A stretch of 31,005 nucleotides of DNA from a virus (taxonomy: Duplodnaviria > Heunggongvirae > Uroviricota > Caudoviricetes). Both the position numbers and the translations under genes were made by a program. Numbering within the stretch: position 1 is the first letter of the stretch; each line of letters starts with the position of its first letter. Location of the stretch: IMG/VR virus record IMGVR_UViG_2671180986_000015; one strand, 5' to 3'. Below, one piece after another: positions 26,377 through 31,005 of this stretch. The notes beneath the pieces were generated by a model. That model had not been told where the DNA came from and made no database searches. It worked only from the letters and a program-made list of their open reading frames with translations.

Positions 26377-27446
26377 TGGAATCCGTGATTCTTACCGTTG
26401 ACGGCAAACTGTGGGAAGGCTGGACGGAAATGTCCGTCAGCCGTTCCCTGAAGGCGATTGCCGGTGAGTTTGAACTCAGTGTGACAACCCGCTGGTCAGC
26501 GGCGGCACCGCGCGTGATTCGTGAGGGGCAACCCTGCACGGTCAGGCTGGGCGCGGATACCGTGCTGACGGGGTATATCGATGATTTTATTCCCGGCTAT
26601 GACGCTGAAAACGTGGAGATTCGCGTCATGGGGCGCGATAAAACCGGCGACCTGGTGGACTGCTCTGTGGTGCATTCGTCCGGGAAATGGAAAGGCGTGC
26701 GGCTTGAACAGGTGGCGGCTGATGTCTGCCGCCCGTTCGGGATAACCGTCATCACGGAAACCCCGACCGGGGAGGCATTTGCGTCTGTCGTTCTGGAACA
26801 GGGTGAAACGGGCTTTGAACTGCTCGACCGGCTGGCAAAACAGCGCGGCGTTCTGCTGACGTCTGACGGCGCGGGTAACCTGATTATCACCCGCGCCTCT
26901 TCCGTTCGCGCGGGCGTGTCACTGGTGCTGGGAAAAAATATCCTCGCCGCCCGTGGGCGCTTCAGCTGGCGGGAGCGTAACAGCCAGTACATCATCAAGG
27001 GCACCACCAGTGCCGGTGGCAAACTGTGGGACAGCCAGCCTGCCCCGATGGTGGGCGGTCGCCAGTACATCACCGAAGACCCGGAAATTAACCGTTACCG
27101 CCCGCGCATTCTGGTCAATGAAGACAGCCTGACCGTGGGCGGGGCCAGCATTCGCGGGGAATGGTACAAAGCCCGGATGCTGGGAGAGTCCCGCACGACG
27201 GAAATCACGGTGGCAGGCTGGCGCGAACAGGGCGACAGCGGCCCGCTGTGGCAGACCAACCGCCTTGTCGATATCGACGACAGCATTCAGAACCTGAAAA
27301 CCACCTGGCTGATATCCGGGGTGACATGGACGGATGGCGCACAGGGGAGGATGACGGTTCTGGCGCTGGTTCCGCCTGAATCACTGGACATGCCGGAAAT
27401 GAAAGCGAAGACGAAAAAAACAAAGGCGGTGGCCACATGGGATTAA
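26376..27446 (+). CDS. Baseplate hub / tail protein (Mu P-like)
   Basis: 356 aa; start overlaps the previous stop; canonical position. Confidence 0.8.
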   Translation: MESVILTVDGKLWEGWTEMSVSRSLKAIAGEFELSVTTRWSAAAPRVIREGQPCTVRLGADTVLTGYIDDFIPGYDAENVEIRVMGRDKTGDLVDCSVVHSSGKWKGVRLEQVAADVCRPFGITVITETPTGEAFASVVLEQGETGFELLDRLAKQRGVLLTSDGAGNLIITRASSVRAGVSLVLGKNILAARGRFSWRERNSQYIIKGTTSAGGKLWDSQPAPMVGGRQYITEDPEINRYRPRILVNEDSLTVGGASIRGEWYKARMLGESRTTEITVAGWREQGDSGPLWQTNRLVDIDDSIQNLKTTWLISGVTWTDGAQGRMTVLALVPPESLDMPEMKAKTKKTKAVATWD

Positions 27447-27973
27447 ACGCAATTGCCCGCCGCCTGCGACTGATGGTTGACCGCGCTGTTGTCCGCCTGG
27501 TGTCTGACGGTCTGGCACGGCAGAACCTGCAAATTCAGACGCTGGCAGATGCCACCGATGACGACGTGGAACGCTTCCAGAACTACGGGTTTACGTCCGT
27601 TCCGCCGGAAGGTTCTGAAGCCATTGTGCTGGCCGTTGGCGGACGGCGTGACGGGCTGGTTGCCATCGCGGTGGAAGACAAGCGATGTCGCCCGAAAGGA
27701 CTGTCCCCCGGCGATGTCAGGGTGTATCACCGGGACGGCAAATCACACATCACCCTGAAGGAAAACGGCGTCATTGAAATCACAGGAGAACAGGTAGACG
27801 TTTCAGGGAAAACGGTAAATCTCACCGCCGACGAATTGCTGAATATTATCGGTAAACAAATGAAATTCGTCGGTCCCTGTGAATTTACTGAAGATGTCAG
27901 AATCAAGGGTAAATCATTCAGCGAACACATTCATAAGGACGGCGACAATGAGAAGACATCACCGCCCGTATGA
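27437..27973 (+). CDS. Baseplate assembly protein V-like (Mu gp45-like spike)
   Basis: 178 aa, overlapping starts and stops on both sides. Confidence 0.75.
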   Translation: MGLNAIARRLRLMVDRAVVRLVSDGLARQNLQIQTLADATDDDVERFQNYGFTSVPPEGSEAIVLAVGGRRDGLVAIAVEDKRCRPKGLSPGDVRVYHRDGKSHITLKENGVIEITGEQVDVSGKTVNLTADELLNIIGKQMKFVGPCEFTEDVRIKGKSFSEHIHKDGDNEKTSPPV

Positions 27974-28422
27974 CGACAGAAATCCGCTGGAATAACATGC
28001 TCTCACGGGGTGACATCACCGTCACCCATAACGGCCTCTCACGGGATGAGGGGCTGGTCACTCAGGTTCTTATCTGCCTTTTCACCGATGCCCGCGCTGA
28101 TGACGATGATGTCATTCCTGACGGCTCCGGCGACCCGCGCGGCTGGCCGGGCGACACGTACAGCGATTTTTCGTGGGGTTCCCGCCTGTGGCTGCTTGAG
28201 CGTGAAAAGCTGACGGAAGATGTCCGCCTGCGCGTGGAAGATTACGCGCGGCTGTCCATGCAGCCGCTTCTGCATGCCGGTTACACCCGTAACGCCACCG
28301 TCACGGCCAGCATCATCATTCCTGACCGTATTGCCTTTCTGGTGGTGTTAACCCGCCCGGACAAAACCACACTCAGAATCGAAATCACCCGTCGATGGGA
28401 GGCCACCATTAATGCCGTATGA
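27970..28422 (+). CDS. Baseplate protein, Mu gp46-like (gpW-type)
   Basis: 150 aa immediately before the baseplate J-like gene. Confidence 0.75.
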   Translation: MTTEIRWNNMLSRGDITVTHNGLSRDEGLVTQVLICLFTDARADDDDVIPDGSGDPRGWPGDTYSDFSWGSRLWLLEREKLTEDVRLRVEDYARLSMQPLLHAGYTRNATVTASIIIPDRIAFLVVLTRPDKTTLRIEITRRWEATINAV

Positions 28423-29488
28423 AATCCCCACGCTGGGCAAACTGATTGCCGACGGCGAAAAAGATATTGCGTATGAACTCGGCCTGCAAAAGCTGCCGCC
28501 TGTCAGTGTTGAGCAGGCGCTGAACGTGTCATTCAGCAGTCAGGTCCGGGATTTATACGACCATCAGAGCTGGATTAAGGACCAGATAATCCCGTCCACC
28601 ACGTCTGATGATGAAACCATTATCAAAACAGCAAAGTATGAAGGGGTTATCCGCAAGCAGGCCACCTTTGCCAGCGGGCGGGTGACCTTCACCAGTCAGT
28701 CCCCCCTTCCGGCAGAAACCCGGATGCAGTCCGACACGAACCAGGTGTATCAGGTACTCACGTCCGGCGAGGTGCAGGACGGCGAGGTCACCGTCATCGT
28801 GCAGGCTGAAGAAGCCGGTGTGGCGGGCAATCTTGCTGCCGGTGCCGTACTCACCCTGCTGTCCCCGCTGCCCGGAACGGCCAGCACAGGCGCGGTGGCT
28901 GAAGGTGGCATCACCGGTGGCGCAGACACTGAATCCATCGCAGCGCTGCTGGACCGTCTGCTGTATGTGCGCCGCAATCCACCGACAGGCGGCGCGTTGC
29001 ATGACTACGTGATATGGGCGCGTGAAGTGCCGGGCGTCAGCCGCGCGTGGGCGTGGGATGCATGGCACGGCCCCGGCACGGTCGGGCTGGCATGGCTTTA
29101 TGATGACCGGGAAAACATCGTGCCAACCCGCGAAGATCTGAAGACAATGGAGCAGTATCTGTTCTGCCACAAACACCCGGCCACGGGCGTGATGGTGGGC
29201 AAACCGGGCGGCATTGAGGTCTGGCCGGTACAGGTCAGGCTGAAGAAAGTCAGCATATCCATCCGTCTGACACCGGACAGCCTGGCGAACAGGAGCGCCG
29301 TCCGGGCAAACCTGACCGCGTTACAGAAGACACTGGCACCCGGTCAGACGCTGCCGGTGTCCTCGCTGCGCACGGCCATCGGTATGACGTCCGGCATCAC
29401 GGATTACTTCCTTAACATCGGGGAGGACACCACCAGTGATGTGGATGAGCTTATCACCATCGGGGAGGTGACATGGCTCACAGCGTGA
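28412..29488 (+). CDS. Baseplate J-like protein (Mu gp47-like)
   Basis: 358 aa in the baseplate wedge position. Confidence 0.8.
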   Translation: MPYEIPTLGKLIADGEKDIAYELGLQKLPPVSVEQALNVSFSSQVRDLYDHQSWIKDQIIPSTTSDDETIIKTAKYEGVIRKQATFASGRVTFTSQSPLPAETRMQSDTNQVYQVLTSGEVQDGEVTVIVQAEEAGVAGNLAAGAVLTLLSPLPGTASTGAVAEGGITGGADTESIAALLDRLLYVRRNPPTGGALHDYVIWAREVPGVSRAWAWDAWHGPGTVGLAWLYDDRENIVPTREDLKTMEQYLFCHKHPATGVMVGKPGGIEVWPVQVRLKKVSISIRLTPDSLANRSAVRANLTALQKTLAPGQTLPVSSLRTAIGMTSGITDYFLNIGEDTTSDVDELITIGEVTWLTA

Positions 29489-30057
29489 CGGAATGGCTGG
29501 CCGCACTGCAACAGGTCATGCCACGGGGTAAGGCATGGCCGCGTGATAACGACGCGGATTTAAACCGCTTTTTAAGGGCGCTTGCAGAACGTTTAAACCG
29601 CACTGAATACGACGCCTCGCGTCTGCATGTGGAGATGCGCCCGGAAACCACGCTCCGGCTGCTGCCGGAGTGGGAGCAGTATCTGGCGCTGCCGGAATGC
29701 GGAATTGCCCCCACCACCAGGGAAGCCCGCCGCCGTGCCGTGGTGGAGAAATACCGTCGCAGGGGCGGGCTGGCAACCTGGCAGACTGAAGCCGCAGCAG
29801 CGGCGCTGGGCTTCACCATTAAGGTGACAGCCGTTCTGCCGCACCACTGTCTGCGCGACTGCATGTATCCGCTGCATCCGGCGCGGTATCGCTGGATGCT
29901 GAAAGTGAACGTCCCGGGTAAAGATGCCGGGCGGTTTACCTGTATTGATGGCGTCATGACACCATTAATCAGCGAACGCCCCCGTGAGCTGGAATGCCTG
30001 CTGAAGCATTACCGGCTGGCGGGCACGGAATATGAATATTATTACACCGGAGAATAA
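29473..30057 (+). CDS. Tail protein, Mu gp48-like (P2 gpI-type)
   Basis: 194 aa; GGAGG RBS; last baseplate gene before the fiber. Confidence 0.75.
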   Translation: MAHSVTEWLAALQQVMPRGKAWPRDNDADLNRFLRALAERLNRTEYDASRLHVEMRPETTLRLLPEWEQYLALPECGIAPTTREARRRAVVEKYRRRGGLATWQTEAAAAALGFTIKVTAVLPHHCLRDCMYPLHPARYRWMLKVNVPGKDAGRFTCIDGVMTPLISERPRELECLLKHYRLAGTEYEYYYTGE

Positions 30058-30060
30058 TTT

Positions 30061-31005
30061 ATGTTTTATGTGGATAACCCGACGGGTGTGCCGGTAATGC
30101 CACCTGTCGCGGCAGAATTAAGCAAAACAACGCTTTATTTCACCGAAGGCGGGAACGGTATTCCGCCCACCTATCCGGGGCCGGACTGGTTTAATATTAT
30201 TCAGTCTGAATTACTGGAAATACTCCGGCAGGCAAATATCAAACCGGATAAAAACACAACCAACCAGATTATGACGGCGCTGAAAAAGCTGTTTATTACG
30301 AACAGTGGTTCAGCCGGTGCTATTGCCGGATTAACCGGTCAGAATAATACATTCCCGTATTTTACCGGCAAAGACACAATGGCATTAACACCGCTCAGTG
30401 CTTTTGTGCGCGGTATTCTCGGCAAAGAGAGTGCAACAGATTTTGCAGATGCACTGAAAGTCATAAAACAATCAGGCGGCACGATGACAGGAGAGCTGAA
30501 AATCCGTGGTGTTAATGCGCTGAGGATTTTCAACGAAGCTTTTGGCCTGATTTTTCGTCGTTCGGAAGAGTGCCTGCACCTTATCCCTACCAGTGAAGGT
30601 CAGGGCGAGAATGGCGATATTGGCCCCCTGCGTCCGTTCACCATTAATCTGCGGACGGGTGAAATATCCATGTCGCATAAAGTGTCTGTTGGCGGTGGTT
30701 CGCAGGTCAATGGTGCGCTGGGTATCGGCGTTCAGAACGCCCTGGGGGGGAATTCAATTGTTCTTGGTGATAATGACACCGGATTCAAACAGAATGGTGA
30801 TGGCCTGCTGGATGTTTATGCCAATAGCGTGCATGTGTTGCGTTTTCAGAGTGGCAGTATCCAGAGTAATAAAGCTGTAAACGTTACAGGACGGGTAACA
30901 CCGTCAGACTACGGAAACTTTGATGCCCGTTACCAGCAGCGAAATGGTGGCGTGCAGGATGTGCGGTATGGTTATGAAATGTATTACACCCCCGGCAGTA
31001 ACACC
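30061..31005 (+). CDS. Tail fiber protein, 5-prime part (runs off the window end)
   Basis: ATG 30061, frame open for 315 codons to the window edge, so absent from the ORF track; Gly/Ser/Asn-rich stretch (SVGGGSQVNGALGIGVQNALGGNSIVLGDNDTGF) typical of fibre proteins. Confidence 0.7.
   Translation, partial: MFYVDNPTGVPVMPPVAAELSKTTLYFTEGGNGIPPTYPGPDWFNIIQSELLEILRQANIKPDKNTTNQIMTALKKLFITNSGSAGAIAGLTGQNNTFPYFTGKDTMALTPLSAFVRGILGKESATDFADALKVIKQSGGTMTGELKIRGVNALRIFNEAFGLIFRRSEECLHLIPTSEGQGENGDIGPLRPFTINLRTGEISMSHKVSVGGGSQVNGALGIGVQNALGGNSIVLGDNDTGFKQNGDGLLDVYANSVHVLRFQSGSIQSNKAVNVTGRVTPSDYGNFDARYQQRNGGVQDVRYGYEMYYTPGSNT

Noticed and set aside
1-31005. attL / phage end or a host-phage junction
   Set aside because: The window begins at the repressor stop codon and is phage-like throughout; no host flank or terminal repeat is visible, so the end must lie left of the window.

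Overview
This window is the left ~31 kb of a Mu-like transposable prophage (myovirus layout), read left to right almost entirely on the + strand. It starts at the stop codon of a leftward repressor gene, so the left phage end (attL) lies outside the window, and it ends inside a tail fiber gene. Order: repressor (-), operator region, ner, MuA-type DDE transposase, MuB-type AAA+ ATPase, a semi-essential early region of small uncharacterised genes around a Gam homolog, gemA, mor, an intrinsic terminator, a lysis module (GH108-type lysin, membrane proteins, TraR/DksA zinc finger), then head genes (gp26/gp27-like, large terminase, portal, F, I/Z protease-scaffold, major head T), head-tail joining genes, sheath, tube, tail chaperone, tape measure, N, P, baseplate gp45-gp48 and a partial tail fiber. 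Eight N-masked runs interrupt the sequence (41 nt to 911 nt), mostly in conserved head genes; X-runs in the ORF track are artefacts of these and frames across them are unreliable. No rRNA, tRNA, CRISPR array or second mobile element was seen. All family assignments are from reading motifs by eye and from memory; no search was run. Main leads: (1) the lysin frame stays open with good codon usage for 75 codons past its TGA stop; (2) a minus-strand small ORF with a strong RBS sits inside the rightward early operon in an AT-rich patch; (3) only one Mor/C-family activator is present and the lysis/late genes start 85 bp after mor; (4) a probable +1 frameshift in the tail chaperone; (5) a block of uncharacterised early genes that are plausible host-takeover or anti-defence candidates. 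I could not assign any of these to a known defence system from sequence alone.
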